Assembly: GCA_963702895.1 (NCBI GenBank)
Contig: OY969767.1
Location: forward strand, 576,001-640,000
Source: an uncultured Elusimicrobia bacterium
GTDB lineage: Bacteria; Elusimicrobiota; Elusimicrobia; 2-01-FULL-59-12
DNA length: 64,000 bases
Direction of reading: 5' to 3'
Shown here: positions 18,341 through 31,447 of the stretch, piece by piece
Layout of the letters: the number at the start of each line of letters is the position of its first letter
Numbering within the stretch: position 1 is the stretch's first letter
The notes under the pieces: generated by a model
Seen by the model: the letters and a program-made list of their open reading frames with translations, nothing else
What the model was told of the DNA's origin: nothing
Databases searched by the model: none
Program-made: the position numbers and the translations under genes

Positions 18341-18718
18341 ATGCCAACAGTCAATCAGCTTGTACGCGACGGCCGAAGCCCGCTCTCCATGAAGACGAAA
18401 GCCCCTGCGCTCTCTGGCTGCCCACAGCGGCGCGGGGTGTGCACGCGGGTGTATACCACCACACCCAAGAAGCCGAACTCGGCGCTTCGTAAAGTGGCGC
18501 GCGTGAAATTGACGTCCGGTTTTGAAGTGACATCGTATATCCCGGGCGTCGGCCACAATCTCCAAGAGCACTCGATTGTCTTGGTGAGGGGCGGCCGCGT
18601 GAAAGATTTGCCTGGTGTGCGCTATCACATCGTACGAGGAACACTCGACGCGACCGGGGTGCAGGACAGGAAGCAGGGGCGTTCTAAATATGGCGCCAAG
18701 AGACCCAAGGTCAAGTAG
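18341..18718 (+). CDS. rpsL: 30S ribosomal protein S12
   Basis: [23 protein letters not shown]. Confidence 0.99.
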   Translation: MPTVNQLVRDGRSPLSMKTKAPALSGCPQRRGVCTRVYTTTPKKPNSALRKVARVKLTSGFEVTSYIPGVGHNLQEHSIVLVRGGRVKDLPGVRYHIVRGTLDATGVQDRKQGRSKYGAKRPKVK

Positions 18719-18732
18719 CGAAGGAGAACAAT

Positions 18733-19212
18733 GTGCCTAGAAAAGCTCTAAAGCCACGAGAAAAAAGAGGATTGCCGGACCCGCACTTCAAGTATGGGTC
18801 CGTGCTGGTCGCGCGGTTAATCAACCGCATCAACTTTTCAGGGAAGAAAAGCATGGCGGAACGGATCGTGGAGAACGCCTTCAACAGGATTCAGGAAAAG
18901 ACCAAAGAAGACCCCATGGCGGTCTTTAACCGGGCGATGGAAAACGCCAAGCCGCTCGTCGAGGTGAAGCCCCGCCGTGTGGGCGGCGCCACTTACCAGG
19001 TGCCGGTCCAGGTGCGTCCCGAGCGCGGGACGGCCTTGGCCATGCGCTGGGTCATCCACTTTGCGCGTGAAAAATCAGGGAAGCCGTTCGCAGACCGCCT
19101 TGCCGAAGAAATCTTAGCCGCCAGCCGCAAAGAAGGCTCGGCCATCAAAAAGAGGGAAGACACCCACCGAATGGCAGACGCGAACAAAGCGTTTGCCCAT
19201 TATCGCTGGTAA
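18733..19212 (+). CDS. rpsG: 30S ribosomal protein S7
   Basis: [21 protein letters not shown]. Confidence 0.98.
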   Translation: MPRKALKPREKRGLPDPHFKYGSVLVARLINRINFSGKKSMAERIVENAFNRIQEKTKEDPMAVFNRAMENAKPLVEVKPRRVGGATYQVPVQVRPERGTALAMRWVIHFAREKSGKPFADRLAEEILAASRKEGSAIKKREDTHRMADANKAFAHYRW

Positions 19213-19222
19213 TTCAGAGACT

Positions 19223-21343
19223 ATGCCGAGACAATTTCCACTCGAGCGGATTCGTAATATTGGCATCTGTGCGCATATTGATGCGGGCAAGACGACCACC
19301 ACCGAGCGCATCCTTTTCTACACCGGCCGCATTTACAAAATCGGCGAGGTCCATGAAGGCACGACGACCACGGACTGGATGGAGCAAGAGCGCGAACGCG
19401 GTATTACGATCACCGCGGCGGCGACGTACTGCACCTGGAAGAGCCCGGACGGTGTCGAGCGCCAGATCAATATTATTGACACGCCCGGTCACGTTGATTT
19501 CACCATGGAGGTGGAGCGCTCGTTGCGCGTTCTCGATGGCGCGGTCGTGGTCTTTGACGCCGGTAACGGTGTCGAGCCGCAGTCCGAGACCGTGTGGCGC
19601 CAGGCGGAGCGTTATCATGTTCCGCGCATCGCGTTCATTAACAAGATGGACAAAGTGGGCGCGGACTTTGACATGTGTGTGACCTCGATGCACGAGAAAC
19701 TCGCTGCCAACGCGGTCCCGCTTCAGCTGCCTATTGGCGCTGAGGATAAATTTATTGGGGTGGTCGACCTGGTGCACATGAAGGCTTTCGTGTGGAATTC
19801 CGACAAGCTGGGCACCAAGTATGAGACGATGGATATTCCCGAAGATTTGAAAGAGAAGGCGCAGAAGGCCCATGCTCATCTCGTCGAAAAAGTCGCCGAT
19901 TTTGATGATCACCTGATGGAAAAATATCTTGAGGCAAAGCCCATCAGTGAAAAAGAGCTCATCGCGGGCATTCGTAAGGCGATCGTGACCGGAAAGTTTT
20001 TTGGTGTCATGTGCGGATCGGCCTACAAGAACAAGGGTGTCCAGCCGCTGCTTGATGCTGTCTGTTTCTACCTCCCTGCTCCCAACGACATCCCTGCGGT
20101 CAAAGGCCATGACCCTGTCTCGAGTGAAGAGATGTCCCGTGAAGTCAAAGATGAAGCGCCTTTTTCAGCACTCGCATTCAAGATCCAGGTCGACCCCCGC
20201 GCGGGCGGCCGGAGGCTGACCTATTTCCGTGTCTATTCCGGCACCCTCCAAGCCGGCAGTTACGTCACCAACACCTCCAGAAACTCCGAAGAGCGCATCA
20301 GCCAGATTCTCCGTATGCACGCGGACAAATCGGAAGATGTCAAGGAAGTCTATGCGGGCGACATTGCCGCGGTGGTGGGCCTCAAAAATACGACGACGGG
20401 CAACACGCTTTGCGATCCGGACAAATCCATTGTGCTGGAATCCATGCATTTTCCTGAACCGGTGATCGCGGTGGCCATTGAGCCCAAGTCCAAGGCGGAC
20501 GAAGAACGTCTGGGAATTGCGCTCAATCGTCTGGCCGAAGAAGACCCGACTTTCCGCGTGCGCACCGATGAGGAGACCTCTCAAACCATCATCTCGGGCA
20601 TGGGCGAATTGCATTTGGAAATTCTTGTGGACCGCATGAAACGCGAGTTTAACGTCCAAGCCAATGTGGGCCGTCCTCAGGTGGCCTACCGCGAAACGAT
20701 CCGCCAGAAGGTGGAATCGGAAGGTAAATACATTAAACAGACCGGCGGTCGTGGCCAATACGGTCACTGCTGGATTACGCTTGAGCCGATGGAAGCCGCC
20801 AAGGGCTTTGAGTTTGTCGACGCGATTAAGGGCGGCCGTATTCCGCGCGAATATATTCCGGCGGTGCAAAAAGGCATTGTGGAGGCGATGGAAAGCGGCG
20901 TACTTGCCGGATACCCCGTTGTTGATGTAAAATGCACCGTTTTCGATGGGTCCTACCACGATGTAGACTCCTCTGAAATGGCGTTCAAGATAGCCGGTTC
21001 CATGGCCTTCAAAGATGGCGCAAAGAAGGCAAAACCCGTGCTTCTCGAGCCGGTCATGAAGTTTGAAGTCATCACCCCCGAAGATTATATGGGTACGATC
21101 ATCGGGGACTTAAATTCTCGACGCGCTCAGGTCAATGAGAATGAGCAGCGAGGGAATGCCCGTGTTATCCGCGGCGTTGTGCCGCTGGCGGAGATGTTCG
21201 GCTATGCCACGACGGTGCGCTCGCTGAGCCAGGGACGGGCGTCTTTCAATTTGGAACCAAGCCACTACGCGGAAGTGCCGCGTAATGTGGCCGAAGAAAT
21301 CATCTCGAAGCACAGCACAACGGGCACCGGAGCAGCAAGGTAA
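19223..21343 (+). CDS. fusA: Elongation factor G
   Basis: [23 protein letters not shown]. Confidence 0.98.
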   Translation: MPRQFPLERIRNIGICAHIDAGKTTTTERILFYTGRIYKIGEVHEGTTTTDWMEQERERGITITAAATYCTWKSPDGVERQINIIDTPGHVDFTMEVERSLRVLDGAVVVFDAGNGVEPQSETVWRQAERYHVPRIAFINKMDKVGADFDMCVTSMHEKLAANAVPLQLPIGAEDKFIGVVDLVHMKAFVWNSDKLGTKYETMDIPEDLKEKAQKAHAHLVEKVADFDDHLMEKYLEAKPISEKELIAGIRKAIVTGKFFGVMCGSAYKNKGVQPLLDAVCFYLPAPNDIPAVKGHDPVSSEEMSREVKDEAPFSALAFKIQVDPRAGGRRLTYFRVYSGTLQAGSYVTNTSRNSEERISQILRMHADKSEDVKEVYAGDIAAVVGLKNTTTGNTLCDPDKSIVLESMHFPEPVIAVAIEPKSKADEERLGIALNRLAEEDPTFRVRTDEETSQTIISGMGELHLEILVDRMKREFNVQANVGRPQVAYRETIRQKVESEGKYIKQTGGRGQYGHCWITLEPMEAAKGFEFVDAIKGGRIPREYIPAVQKGIVEAMESGVLAGYPVVDVKCTVFDGSYHDVDSSEMAFKIAGSMAFKDGAKKAKPVLLEPVMKFEVITPEDYMGTIIGDLNSRRAQVNENEQRGNARVIRGVVPLAEMFGYATTVRSLSQGRASFNLEPSHYAEVPRNVAEEIISKHSTTGTGAAR

Positions 21344-21365
21344 AAACGTAGAAGGGAGAACGAAC

Positions 21366-22562
<1,197 letters not shown>

Positions 22563-22566
22563 CATA

Positions 22567-22670
22567 AGTTTCTAGTTTCTGGTTCCTCGTTCCTGGTTCA
22601 ATGCGAATGGCGCAAAGACAGGGAACTGGGCATTTAAAACCAGGAACTAGGAACTAGAAACCAGGAACTA
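22567..22670. repeat. Inverted heptamer-repeat element
   Basis: (TTYCTNG)x4 left arm and (AACYAGR)x4 right arm. Confidence 0.65.
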
Positions 22671-22675
22671 AATTT

Positions 22676-23014
22676 ATGGTTACAGCGGTCCAGCCCACTA
22701 AAGTGGTAGCGCCCAAAATCCGTATTCGGCTGCGGTCGTATGACCACCGCATGCTCGACGACTCGCTTATTAAGATTGTCGATGTCGTGAAGCGCACCGG
22801 TGCCGTGCTCGCTGGGCCTGTGCTTCTGCCTGTGCAGATCAAGCGCTACACCGTGCTGCGTTCTCCTCATACCGACAAGAAATCAAGAGAGCAGTTTGAG
22901 ATGCGCATCCATAAAAGGCTGATTGATATTTCAGAGCCCACCCCGAATACGGTTGAAGAGCTGATGAAATTGGACCTGCCGGCCGGTGTTGATGTGGAGA
23001 TCAAGTCTTCTTGA
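22676..23014 (+). CDS. rpsJ: 30S ribosomal protein S10
   Basis: [16 protein letters not shown]. Confidence 0.98.
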   Translation: MVTAVQPTKVVAPKIRIRLRSYDHRMLDDSLIKIVDVVKRTGAVLAGPVLLPVQIKRYTVLRSPHTDKKSREQFEMRIHKRLIDISEPTPNTVEELMKLDLPAGVDVEIKSS

Positions 23015-23022
23015 GATAATTT

Positions 23023-23808
23023 ATGTCTGAGCCAGCAGCGACAACAGAACAGCCCAGCGCGGCGCACGTATCCTTGAAAGCCATTTTGGCTCAAAAGGTT
23101 GGGATGACGCGCATTTACGACGCGCACGGCAATATTGTCCCCGTCACCGTTTTACAGGCCGGGCCTTGCCCTATCACGCAAGTCATTACACCGGAAAAAG
23201 GCGGTTACGCCGCGATTCAGGTGGCTTTTGGTGAAGTCCGCGAGAAATCTGTGAACAAGCCTGCTGCTGGGATTTTTAAGAAAGCCAATGCGGCGCCGGC
23301 CAAGTGGCTGCGTGAGCTGCGCACCGACAAAGCCGCTACGTTTCAGGTGGGCCAAACCATTAAGGTTGATTCTTTTTCTGCGGGCGACTATGTGGATGTG
23401 ACCGGAATATCAAAAGGGAAAGGCTTTGCCGGAGCCATGAAACGTCATAATTTTAGTGGGGGCCCTTCCACCCATGGGCAGTCCGATCGGGCCCGCGCGC
23501 CGGGGTCCTCGGGTTCGAACACCTACCCCGGGCGGGTCTATAAAGGCAAGCGCATGCCCGGTCATTTGGGAGCGGAAAAAGTGACCGTCCAGCACCTGGA
23601 AGTCGTGCAGGTCCTTCCGGAAAGAGATTTGATCCTGATCAAGGGGGCAGTCCCCGGAGCCGTGAAATGTCTCTTGACCATCCAGGAAACAGTCAAACGC
23701 GTGAAAAAGCGTGTCCTTCACGCTCCGGAGCATGGCAAAAAAGAAAAGAAGAAAGAAGCCGCCAAAGCTGCGGCACCTGCCGCGGCCAAGCCGAAGGCGG
23801 CAAAATAA
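23023..23808 (+). CDS. rplC: 50S ribosomal protein L3
   Basis: [15 protein letters not shown]. Confidence 0.98.
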   Translation: MSEPAATTEQPSAAHVSLKAILAQKVGMTRIYDAHGNIVPVTVLQAGPCPITQVITPEKGGYAAIQVAFGEVREKSVNKPAAGIFKKANAAPAKWLRELRTDKAATFQVGQTIKVDSFSAGDYVDVTGISKGKGFAGAMKRHNFSGGPSTHGQSDRARAPGSSGSNTYPGRVYKGKRMPGHLGAEKVTVQHLEVVQVLPERDLILIKGAVPGAVKCLLTIQETVKRVKKRVLHAPEHGKKEKKKEAAKAAAPAAAKPKAAK

Positions 23809-24443
23809 TGGCCAATTTCGAAGCCACCCTTTACGCGCCGACGGGAGAGTCCAAAGGCAAGATCGCGCTCCCCGAATCGATTTTTGGCGCGCCGGGTTCA
23901 CGGCGCGTCCTCCACGATGTGATCGTGGGGCTGCAAGCCAATCAGCGTCGTGGCACCTCCGCGACCAAGACGCGAGGCTTGGTGTCGGGCGGCGGCCACA
24001 AGCCGTGGAAGCAGAAAGGCACCGGCAACGCCCGCTCGGGATCGATTCGTTCTCCGCTTTGGCGCAAGGGCGGCATTATTTTTGGGCCGCTTCCACGTTC
24101 TTATCGAACGGGTCTTGATCAGTCGAAACGATTGATCGCCTTGCAGACCGCACTTTTTGAGAAGGCGAGAGCCTCGGAGCTTGGCGTGATTGAGTCCATC
24201 AAGATAGACCAACCCAAGGCTCGCGAAGCGCAGGCGATTCTGACCAAGACGGGCTTGTCTGGAAAGACGCTGCTGATTGTGAGTCACAAAGACGACAAGG
24301 TGAGCCGGGCCTTTGCAAACCTTGCTGAGCTCAAGCTCCTGGATGTCGCAGAAGTCAACGCTTGGCAGCTCATGGCGGCTCGACAAGTGCTCCTGACGAA
24401 AGACGCGCTCGAGGGGCTCGAGAAGCGCTGGCCGAAAGGTTAG
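23808..24443 (+). CDS. rplD: 50S ribosomal protein L4
   Basis: KPWKQKGTGNARSG. Confidence 0.97.
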   Translation: MANFEATLYAPTGESKGKIALPESIFGAPGSRRVLHDVIVGLQANQRRGTSATKTRGLVSGGGHKPWKQKGTGNARSGSIRSPLWRKGGIIFGPLPRSYRTGLDQSKRLIALQTALFEKARASELGVIESIKIDQPKAREAQAILTKTGLSGKTLLIVSHKDDKVSRAFANLAELKLLDVAEVNAWQLMAARQVLLTKDALEGLEKRWPKG

Positions 24444-24444
24444 T

Positions 24445-24741
24445 ATGGACTCTCTTTACGCCATCGTCCAAAGGCCCTTGATCACGGAACGCGCCACGAA
24501 CTTGCGCGCGGAGGTCAATCAATATGTGTTCCGTGTGGCGACGGGTGCGACGAAAAGCGATATCAAGTCTGCGATTGAGCAGCTTTTCAAAGTCCAAGTG
24601 CTTTCGGTCAATACCATGCGTGTGCACGGGAAGTTTCGCCGAATGGGTGGCGGACGCGGCGCGCATCGAGCCGACTGGAAGAAAGCGATTGTGTCCTTGA
24701 AGAAGGGCCAGGAGATCAGGGTTGGGGAAGAGGCCAAATGA
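24445..24741 (+). CDS. rplW: 50S ribosomal protein L23
   Basis: DWKKAIV; position in the S10 operon. Confidence 0.97.
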   Translation: MDSLYAIVQRPLITERATNLRAEVNQYVFRVATGATKSDIKSAIEQLFKVQVLSVNTMRVHGKFRRMGGGRGAHRADWKKAIVSLKKGQEIRVGEEAK

Positions 24742-24796
24742 TCCGTTCGACTCGCGCCAAGCGCCCGCTCAGGATCATGGTGAGTGAAATTAAACT

Positions 24797-25636
24797 ATGA
24801 AAAGCTTCAATCCATACACACCGTCACGCCGCTTCATTACCGTTGAGGATTTTTCTCAGCTGACCAAGAAGGAGCCGGAAAAAAGTCTGACTCGTCCTTT
24901 GCGGAAGAAAGCGGGTCGTAACAATTTTGGACTCCTGGTCGTTCGACATCAGGGCGGCGGCCACAAGCGGTCCTATCGCGTCGTGGATTTCAAGCGCGAT
25001 AAAGTCGGCGTGCCTGGCAAGGTCGCAGCCCTGGAGTACGATCCCAACCGCAGCGCGCGGCTGGCGCTCATCCATTATGCGGACGGGGAAAAGCGTTACA
25101 TTTTGCAGCCTGAAGGGCTCAAAGTCGGCGACCCGGTGCAGTCAGGCCCGGAATCGGACATCCGGCTGGGCAACGCGCTGCCGCTGGACCGCATCCCAGA
25201 AGGCACCACGCTTCACAACATTGAGCTCATGCCTGGAACGGGCGCGAAGCTCGTTCGTTCCGCAGGCGCCTCGGCTCAACTCATGGCGAAAGAGGGACGA
25301 TTTGCGCAGGTGCGCATGCCTTCTGGAGAAATTCGACAGTTTTTTCGGGAGTGTATGGCAACCATTGGCCAGGTGGGCAATGTCGACCATGAAAACAGGA
25401 TTTTGGGCAATGCAGGGCGCAGCCGCCATTTGGGCATTCGCCCGGTCGTTCGCGGTACGGCCATGAACGCCGTGGACCATCCACATGGCGGCGGACGCGG
25501 CCGGTCGAAAGGGAATAATCAACCTCGCTCGCCTTGGAACCAGCCAGCGAAGGGTTATAAGACGCGCTCGAAGAAAATCTGGGATTGGATGATTCTGAAA
25601 CACCGGTCGAAGCAGCTTGTCGCGACCGGCGTCTAA
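24797..25636 (+). CDS. rplB: 50S ribosomal protein L2
   Basis: [20 protein letters not shown]. Confidence 0.98.
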   Translation: MKSFNPYTPSRRFITVEDFSQLTKKEPEKSLTRPLRKKAGRNNFGLLVVRHQGGGHKRSYRVVDFKRDKVGVPGKVAALEYDPNRSARLALIHYADGEKRYILQPEGLKVGDPVQSGPESDIRLGNALPLDRIPEGTTLHNIELMPGTGAKLVRSAGASAQLMAKEGRFAQVRMPSGEIRQFFRECMATIGQVGNVDHENRILGNAGRSRHLGIRPVVRGTAMNAVDHPHGGGRGRSKGNNQPRSPWNQPAKGYKTRSKKIWDWMILKHRSKQLVATGV

Positions 25637-25648
25637 CAAGAGGACATT

Positions 25649-25936
25649 ATGGGACGATCAACGAAAAAAGGCCCTTACGTCGACCAAAAACTTCTGAAGA
25701 AAGTTCAAGGCTTAAATAAGAATCGCGAGAAAAAGGTCCTCAAGACTTGGGCGCGCGCCTGCATGGTGACGCCTGAATTTGTCGGTCATACCTTCGCGGT
25801 TCATAACGGGAACAAATTTATCAACGTGTTTATCACGGAAGAAATGGTCGGGCACAGGCTGGGCGAAATGGCGCCCACGCGCTTCTTTAGGGGGCATGGC
25901 GCTGCCCACACCAAAGAAGCAACCGCCACAACCTAA
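25649..25936 (+). CDS. rpsS: 30S ribosomal protein S19
   Basis: [18 protein letters not shown]. Confidence 0.98.
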   Translation: MGRSTKKGPYVDQKLLKKVQGLNKNREKKVLKTWARACMVTPEFVGHTFAVHNGNKFINVFITEEMVGHRLGEMAPTRFFRGHGAAHTKEATATT

Positions 25937-25946
25937 GGATGCCTTG

Positions 25947-26300
25947 ATGCAAGCGATTGCCAGAGCGCGGTATGTACGAATTTCGCCCAGGAAGGTGGAT
26001 CAAATCCTGATGCTGGTGCGAGGCAAGTCGGTGGCCCGCGCCCTGGCCACGCTTCGCCTTGTGACCAAAGGGGCCAGACCCCTCGTGGAGAAAATCTTGA
26101 ACAGCGCCTTGGCCAACGCGGGCAGGCAGGCCAATGCCGAGGCGTGGCATGTGGCGCAGGCTTGGGTGGGCTATGGGCCCACCATGAAGCGCATGCGGGC
26201 GCACGCGATGGGACGTGGCGCCACCATTCGTCACCACAGCGCGCATGTGACGATCGTCTTGTCGGATGAGCGCCGCAAGTCAAAATCGGAGGCAAATTAG
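25947..26300 (+). CDS. rplV: 50S ribosomal protein L22
   Basis: RYVRISPRKV. Confidence 0.96.
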   Translation: MQAIARARYVRISPRKVDQILMLVRGKSVARALATLRLVTKGARPLVEKILNSALANAGRQANAEAWHVAQAWVGYGPTMKRMRAHAMGRGATIRHHSAHVTIVLSDERRKSKSEAN

Positions 26301-27091
26301 TGGGACAAAAAATTCATCCTCTCGGCCTACGTCTTGGGTACATCAAGGACTGGGATTCGAAGTGGTTCAATCTTCGCCAAATGCCCGATCTTCTCGAGGA
26401 AGACCGTCGCATACGGCACTATCTAAAATCCAAGCTCCAGGGGGCGGCGGTTTCCAAAGTCGTCATTGAGCGGGCCGGCAAGCACTTGCGCGTCAATATT
26501 CATACCGCGCGCCCAGGCATTGTGATCGGCAAAAAGGGCGCGGACATCGAGAATCTGCGCAAGGACATTGAGGCCATGACCGATCGTAAGGCGTTTGTCA
26601 ACGTCATGGAGATCAAGCGGCCTGAATTGGACGCTCATTTGGTTGCTGAAGGGATCGCGATGCAGCTCGAAAAGCAGGTGGGGTTCCGCCGGGCTATGAA
26701 AAAAGCAATTGAGCGCACGATGGCCGCTGGGGCCCTCGGGATTAAGGTGCGCGTGTCGGGTCGTTTGGGCGGCGCGGAAATCGCTCGTGTGGAGTGGATG
26801 AAAGAAGGACGCGTGCCGCTCCAGACCTTCCGGGCGGATATCGATTACGGTCTTTATGAAGCGCTCATCCCCATGGGCCGCATTGGTGTCAAGGTATGGA
26901 TTTTTAAGAAGGAACTCTTCAAGAAGACGCGTGAAGATCTGATGGAAGAGGTCAAACTCATTCCCAAAGAAGAGATTGAGAAAATTGCGCAGTCCGAAGT
27001 CGCCGTCCCTGTTCCGGCGGTTGAGCCTCTTGAGCCCGCGACGGCGGGGGAAGAAGACATCCTCCCTGAGGAAGAAGGGGAAGGCAAGTAA
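26300..27091 (+). CDS. rpsC: 30S ribosomal protein S3
   Basis: [25 protein letters not shown]. Confidence 0.98.
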   Translation: MGQKIHPLGLRLGYIKDWDSKWFNLRQMPDLLEEDRRIRHYLKSKLQGAAVSKVVIERAGKHLRVNIHTARPGIVIGKKGADIENLRKDIEAMTDRKAFVNVMEIKRPELDAHLVAEGIAMQLEKQVGFRRAMKKAIERTMAAGALGIKVRVSGRLGGAEIARVEWMKEGRVPLQTFRADIDYGLYEALIPMGRIGVKVWIFKKELFKKTREDLMEEVKLIPKEEIEKIAQSEVAVPVPAVEPLEPATAGEEDILPEEEGEGK

Positions 27092-27093
27092 CC

Positions 27094-27507
27094 ATGCTGA
27101 TGCCGAAGCGCGTGAAATACCGTAAGTCCCACCGGGGTCGCCTCAAAGGGCGCGCCAAAGGGGCCACGACGGTGGACTTCGGCCAATACGGGCTTCAGGC
27201 GCTGGAGTCCCACTGGATCACCAGCCGGCAGATTGAGGCGTCACGCGTCTCGCTTTCACGCGCTATTAAAAAAGGTGGAAAGCTCTGGATCCGGATTTTC
27301 CCGGATAAACCCATTTCCAAGAAGCCCGCGGAAACCCGTATGGGCAAGGGGAAGGGCGCACCGGAATTCTGGGTGGCGGTGGTGAAGCCCGGCCGGATTA
27401 TGTTTGAGCTCGAAGGCCTGCCGCCGGCGGAAGCGATGGAAGCGATGCGCATTGCCTCCCATAAGCTTCCGATCCGGACCAAATTTGTTGTGCGCGAGGG
27501 ATACTAA
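27094..27507 (+). CDS. rplP: 50S ribosomal protein L16
   Basis: [10 protein letters not shown]. Confidence 0.98.
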   Translation: MLMPKRVKYRKSHRGRLKGRAKGATTVDFGQYGLQALESHWITSRQIEASRVSLSRAIKKGGKLWIRIFPDKPISKKPAETRMGKGKGAPEFWVAVVKPGRIMFELEGLPPAEAMEAMRIASHKLPIRTKFVVREGY

Positions 27508-27568
27508 CCCTTCGACTTCGCTCAGGGTTGTCCGGAGCGACTGATCGCAGGGAAGGAGCCGAAGGATC

Positions 27569-27775
27569 ATGTCGAAAAAGAAGAAAAAAGACAGGCTTCA
27601 GGATTTGTCGACTCAGGAGCTTGAAGCCAGGCTTCGCGAGTCTCGGGAGCATAGCTTTAAGATGAAATTTCAGCACGCGACCAATCCCTTAAAGAATCCG
27701 ATGGAGATTCGCCAGGCGCGTCGAGAAATCGCCAGGCTCCTGACGCTCTTGCACAAGAAAGAGAAGGTTGCTTAA
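27569..27775 (+). CDS. rpmC: 50S ribosomal protein L29
   Basis: RREIARLLT. Confidence 0.95.
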   Translation: MSKKKKKDRLQDLSTQELEARLRESREHSFKMKFQHATNPLKNPMEIRQARREIARLLTLLHKKEKVA

Positions 27776-28062
27776 TGCAAGCTACAAAAACAGCCGAAGT
27801 GCCGACTGGACTGCGTTCCGCGAGGAAGGTTCGCGAGGGGGTTGTGCTGACGGACAAGATGGACAAGACCCGGGTGGTGCTGGTCTCCTGGAACACGACG
27901 CACGCGCGCTATCATAAAGTCCTTCGCCGGAAAAGCCGGTTCTATGCGCACGACGAGAAGAACGCAAGCCATGTGGGAGACCGTGTGGAAATCGTTGAGA
28001 CAAGGCCCCTCTCCAAGCTCAAGCGTTGGCGCATCTCTCAGATTTTGGAGAAGAGTGCATGA
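27775..28062 (+). CDS. rpsQ: 30S ribosomal protein S17
   Basis: [11 protein letters not shown]. Confidence 0.97.
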   Translation: MQATKTAEVPTGLRSARKVREGVVLTDKMDKTRVVLVSWNTTHARYHKVLRRKSRFYAHDEKNASHVGDRVEIVETRPLSKLKRWRISQILEKSA

Positions 28063-28427
28063 TTCAAGAGAGGTCCATCTTGAATGTGGCCGATAATTCG
28101 GGCGCGCGCAAGTTGCGGTGTTTCCGCATCCTGGGAGGCACACGGCGTCGCTACGCGGGCCTGGGGGATATCGTGGTTTGCTCCGTGCAAGACGCGCTTC
28201 CTACGGCAACCATTAAGAAAGGCGACGTGGTGAAAGCGGTGGTCGTGCGCACCGTCCGAGAACATCGTCGTTATGACGGCAGTTATGTCAAGTTTGACGA
28301 CAACGCGGTTTGCCTGATTGATGCCGAAGGGGAGCCCAAAGGAACACGCATTTTCGGGCCTATTGCCCGCGAGCTTCGCGAACGGAACTACTTGAAAATT
28401 ATTTCTCTGGCGCCAGAGGTTGTGTGA
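28059..28427 (+). CDS. rplN: 50S ribosomal protein L14
   Basis: VADNSGA, GTRIFGP, SLAPEV. Confidence 0.98.
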   Translation: MIQERSILNVADNSGARKLRCFRILGGTRRRYAGLGDIVVCSVQDALPTATIKKGDVVKAVVVRTVREHRRYDGSYVKFDDNAVCLIDAEGEPKGTRIFGPIARELRERNYLKIISLAPEVV

Positions 28428-28741
28428 TGCTCACCATTCATAAAAAAGACAAGGTTCTCGTTTTATCCGGACGCAGCCGCGGCAAACAGGGCGAAGTGAT
28501 CAAGGTGCTTCGGGAGGACGGGCGCATTCTTATTTCCAAGATCAATTTTGTGAAGCGCCACGCGCGACCCACGCAGACGACGCCGGGCGGCATCCGCGAA
28601 AAAGAGGCCTCCGTCCACATGTCCAATGTGATGCTGGTCTGCCCGAAATGCAATCGTCCCATGCGCCCGAAAACGGATCTCCTTTCGGACGGGACCAAGG
28701 TGCGGGTCTGCCGCAAATGCGGGGAGATGCTCGTTTCATGA
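28427..28741 (+). CDS. rplX: 50S ribosomal protein L24
   Basis: KOW motif, EASVHMSNV. Confidence 0.96.
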   Translation: MLTIHKKDKVLVLSGRSRGKQGEVIKVLREDGRILISKINFVKRHARPTQTTPGGIREKEASVHMSNVMLVCPKCNRPMRPKTDLLSDGTKVRVCRKCGEMLVS

Positions 28742-29352
28742 CCAAGAAAACGCACGTTCCCAGACTCAAAGAGCACTACCGCAGCGTGGTCATTCCTGGG
28801 ATGATGGAGCGCTTTAAGCTCAAGAATACCTACCAGGTGCCCTGCCTGGTGAAGCTGGTGGTCAATATGGGCGTGAACGACGCCAAGGAAGACATCAAGG
28901 TGCTGGACATCGCCAGCGCCGAGCTTTCCGCAATCGTCGGGCAAAAACCGCAGGTCCGCCGCGCCAAGAAGTCGATTTCCAATTTTAAGCTCCGCATGGG
29001 CATGCCCATCGGGCTCCGGGTGACCCTTCGCGGGATGAGGATGTATGAGTTTCTTGACCGTCTGATCAACGCGGCGGTCCCGAGAATACGCGACTTTCGA
29101 GGACTGGACCCTCGCGCCTTTGACGGCCGCGGCAATTACAATCTCGGGCTCAACGAGCAGCATATCTTTCCCGAAGTCAATCTGGATAAATCGCCGAAGG
29201 TGCGCGGGATGAACGTCACCTTTGTGACCAACGCTGGCTCGGATGACCAGGCGCGCGAGATGCTGGCTCTCTTTGGATTTCCATTTAAGTCGAATGAACG
29301 CGCGCCGTCGAAGAAGGCGCCAGCCCAGGCGGCCAACGCCGCCGCCTCATAA
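28738..29352 (+). CDS. rplE: 50S ribosomal protein L5
   Basis: PRIRDFRG, FDGRGNY. Confidence 0.97.
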   Translation: MTKKTHVPRLKEHYRSVVIPGMMERFKLKNTYQVPCLVKLVVNMGVNDAKEDIKVLDIASAELSAIVGQKPQVRRAKKSISNFKLRMGMPIGLRVTLRGMRMYEFLDRLINAAVPRIRDFRGLDPRAFDGRGNYNLGLNEQHIFPEVNLDKSPKVRGMNVTFVTNAGSDDQAREMLALFGFPFKSNERAPSKKAPAQAANAAAS

Positions 29353-29361
29353 GGAGAACTT

Positions 29362-29547
29362 GTGGCTCGAATTGCAACCGTCGCAAAAATGCGCAAACGC
29401 CTCAAATTCGCGACCCGGTTTCGGAATCGCTGCCGAAATTGCGGCCGTGGCCGGGCCTTTTATCGGGACTTCGGACTCTGCCGGCTTTGTTTCCGGCAAA
29501 TGGCTCATCGGGGCGAAATCCCCGGAGTCGTGAAAGCCAGTTGGTGA
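29362..29547 (+). CDS. rpsN: 30S ribosomal protein S14 (Zn-binding, type Z)
   Basis: RCRNCGR...LCRLCFR, 61 aa. Confidence 0.97.
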   Translation: MARIATVAKMRKRLKFATRFRNRCRNCGRGRAFYRDFGLCRLCFRQMAHRGEIPGVVKASW

Positions 29548-29551
29548 ACCT

Positions 29552-29947
29552 ATGACTGATCCAATTTCTGATCTCTTATCGTCTCTACGAAATGCTTCTG
29601 GACGGCTCTTTGAGAAGGTGGATGTGCCCTCCTCGCGTCTCAAGGTGGCGGTGATCCGCATTTTGAAAGCGGAAGGCCTGATTGCCAACTACAAGGTGAT
29701 GGAGGACGCAAAAAAGCACTCGTTCGTCAGAATCTATCTCAAGTATGGAGCGGGGAAGCAGCAGGTCCTCCAAGGCGCCCAACGTGTGTCTCGGCCGGGT
29801 CTTCGCGTTTATCGTCCCTACGCGGCGTTCGCGCGTCGCGGCGAGGCCGGGGCCATCAAGATTATTTCGACCTCCAAAGGGCTTTTGACAGACCGCCAGG
29901 CTTTCCAGGCCAAAGTCGGCGGAGAAGTGCTCTGTGAGGTGAAATAG
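29552..29947 (+). CDS. rpsH: 30S ribosomal protein S8
   Basis: MTDPISD, SRPGLRVY, GGEVLC. Confidence 0.97.
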   Translation: MTDPISDLLSSLRNASGRLFEKVDVPSSRLKVAVIRILKAEGLIANYKVMEDAKKHSFVRIYLKYGAGKQQVLQGAQRVSRPGLRVYRPYAAFARRGEAGAIKIISTSKGLLTDRQAFQAKVGGEVLCEVK

Positions 29948-29953
29948 AGATTT

Positions 29954-30535
29954 ATGAGCCGCATTGGAAGAATGCCTGTGGTCATACCCGATAAGGTCAA
30001 AATTGAGCCCCATGGGAATTCGGTGGAGGTGTCCGGCCCCCTCGGAAAACTCACGCAAACTTTGCCCCCCGGCATCGTGATTAAAGTGGAGAAGAATCAA
30101 GCGGTGCTCGAGAAGACCGAGACAGCCGGAGAGAAAGGTGCGTCGCTTCACGGCCTGGCGCGCTCGCTTGTTCAAAATGCCGTTTTGGGTGTCACGCAAG
30201 GGTTCAAGAAAGAGCTGGAGATCGTCGGTCTCGGTTATCGTGCTCAAGTGGCTGGCGATAAGCTGACGATGACCCTCGGTTTTGCTCACCCGATCGAGTT
30301 CAAGCTTCCACCGGGCATCAAGGTCGCGATTGATCCCAAAATGACCTTCCTGACGATTATGGGGAGTGATGCCTATGTGGTGGGCGAAACCGCCGCGCGC
30401 ATACGCAAGCTCAGAAAGCCGGAGCCTTATAAGGGCAGTGGAATTAAGTATGTGGGCGAGCACATTATCCGCAAGGCGGGCAAAGCGGCCGCGGGCGCGG
30501 CCGGTGGAACAGCGGCGGGAGGAGCGAAGAAATAG
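29954..30535 (+). CDS. rplF: 50S ribosomal protein L6
   Basis: MSRIG, PEPYKG. Confidence 0.98.
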   Translation: MSRIGRMPVVIPDKVKIEPHGNSVEVSGPLGKLTQTLPPGIVIKVEKNQAVLEKTETAGEKGASLHGLARSLVQNAVLGVTQGFKKELEIVGLGYRAQVAGDKLTMTLGFAHPIEFKLPPGIKVAIDPKMTFLTIMGSDAYVVGETAARIRKLRKPEPYKGSGIKYVGEHIIRKAGKAAAGAAGGTAAGGAKK

Positions 30536-30537
30536 TT

Positions 30538-30903
30538 ATGCAAGGCGCAACATTGGAACGTTACGAATATCGTTTGTCTCGTACGCGCCGCAACATCAAG
30601 GCGTCCCAAACGGGGCGAGCACGATTGTCCGTATGCCGGACACTCAAACATATTTACGCCCAGCTCATCGACGACGCCAAGGGGCAGACCCTGGTGGCGG
30701 CCTCTTCCCTCTCGCCGGAGTTGTCCGGAAAGCTCAAGAGCGGGGGAAATATCTTGGCGGCCGAGGCCGTCGGTAAACTGGTCGCAGAAAAGGCCCTCGC
30801 CAAAGGTGTGAAGCAGGTGGTCTTCGATCGTGGCGGACATGTCTACCACGGCCGTATCAAGGCGCTCGCAGAGGCCGCTCGCAAGGCCGGCTTGGATTTT
30901 TAG
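30538..30903 (+). CDS. rplR: 50S ribosomal protein L18
   Basis: [15 protein letters not shown]. Confidence 0.98.
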   Translation: MQGATLERYEYRLSRTRRNIKASQTGRARLSVCRTLKHIYAQLIDDAKGQTLVAASSLSPELSGKLKSGGNILAAEAVGKLVAEKALAKGVKQVVFDRGGHVYHGRIKALAEAARKAGLDF

Positions 30904-30940
30904 CCCGCCACTCGAGGATTGGCGGATCAAAGGAGAATGT

Positions 30941-31447
30941 GTGGCAAGAATTAACCCCGATGGTTTAGAGCTCGCAGAAACAGTGGTCGCGATTAACCGA
31001 GTGGCCAAAGTCGTTAAAGGTGGAAAGCGTTTCTCCTTTAGCGTACTGGTGGTTGTCGGAGATAAGAAAGGCCGAGTCGGCTCCTCCATCGGCAAAGCAA
31101 AAGAAATCCAGGCGGCCATTCAAAAGGCCGTCGCTCGCGCGAAGAAAGAGCTGGTGGCGGTCCCGCTGCATGGTGTGACCATTCCCCATAGCGTCACCGG
31201 GACCTTCGGAGCCGGTCAGGTTCTGCTCAAGCCAGCAGCCCCCGGGACAGGCGTTATCGCGGGGGGGAGCGTCCGCGCGGTGCTTGACGCGGTTGGTATT
31301 AAGGACATTTTGTCGAAGTCACTCGGCTCCTCGAATCCTTACAACGTGGTTTATGCGACGCTCGAGGCGCTCAAAGGCCTTCGGACCAAAGAGGACGTGG
31401 CGGCTTTGCGCAGCAGCAAAGAAACGGTGGGCGCTCATGCGGCTTGA
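30941..31447 (+). CDS. rpsE: 30S ribosomal protein S5
   Basis: [17 protein letters not shown] start after AGGAG. Confidence 0.97.
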   Translation: MARINPDGLELAETVVAINRVAKVVKGGKRFSFSVLVVVGDKKGRVGSSIGKAKEIQAAIQKAVARAKKELVAVPLHGVTIPHSVTGTFGAGQVLLKPAAPGTGVIAGGSVRAVLDAVGIKDILSKSLGSSNPYNVVYATLEALKGLRTKEDVAALRSSKETVGAHAA

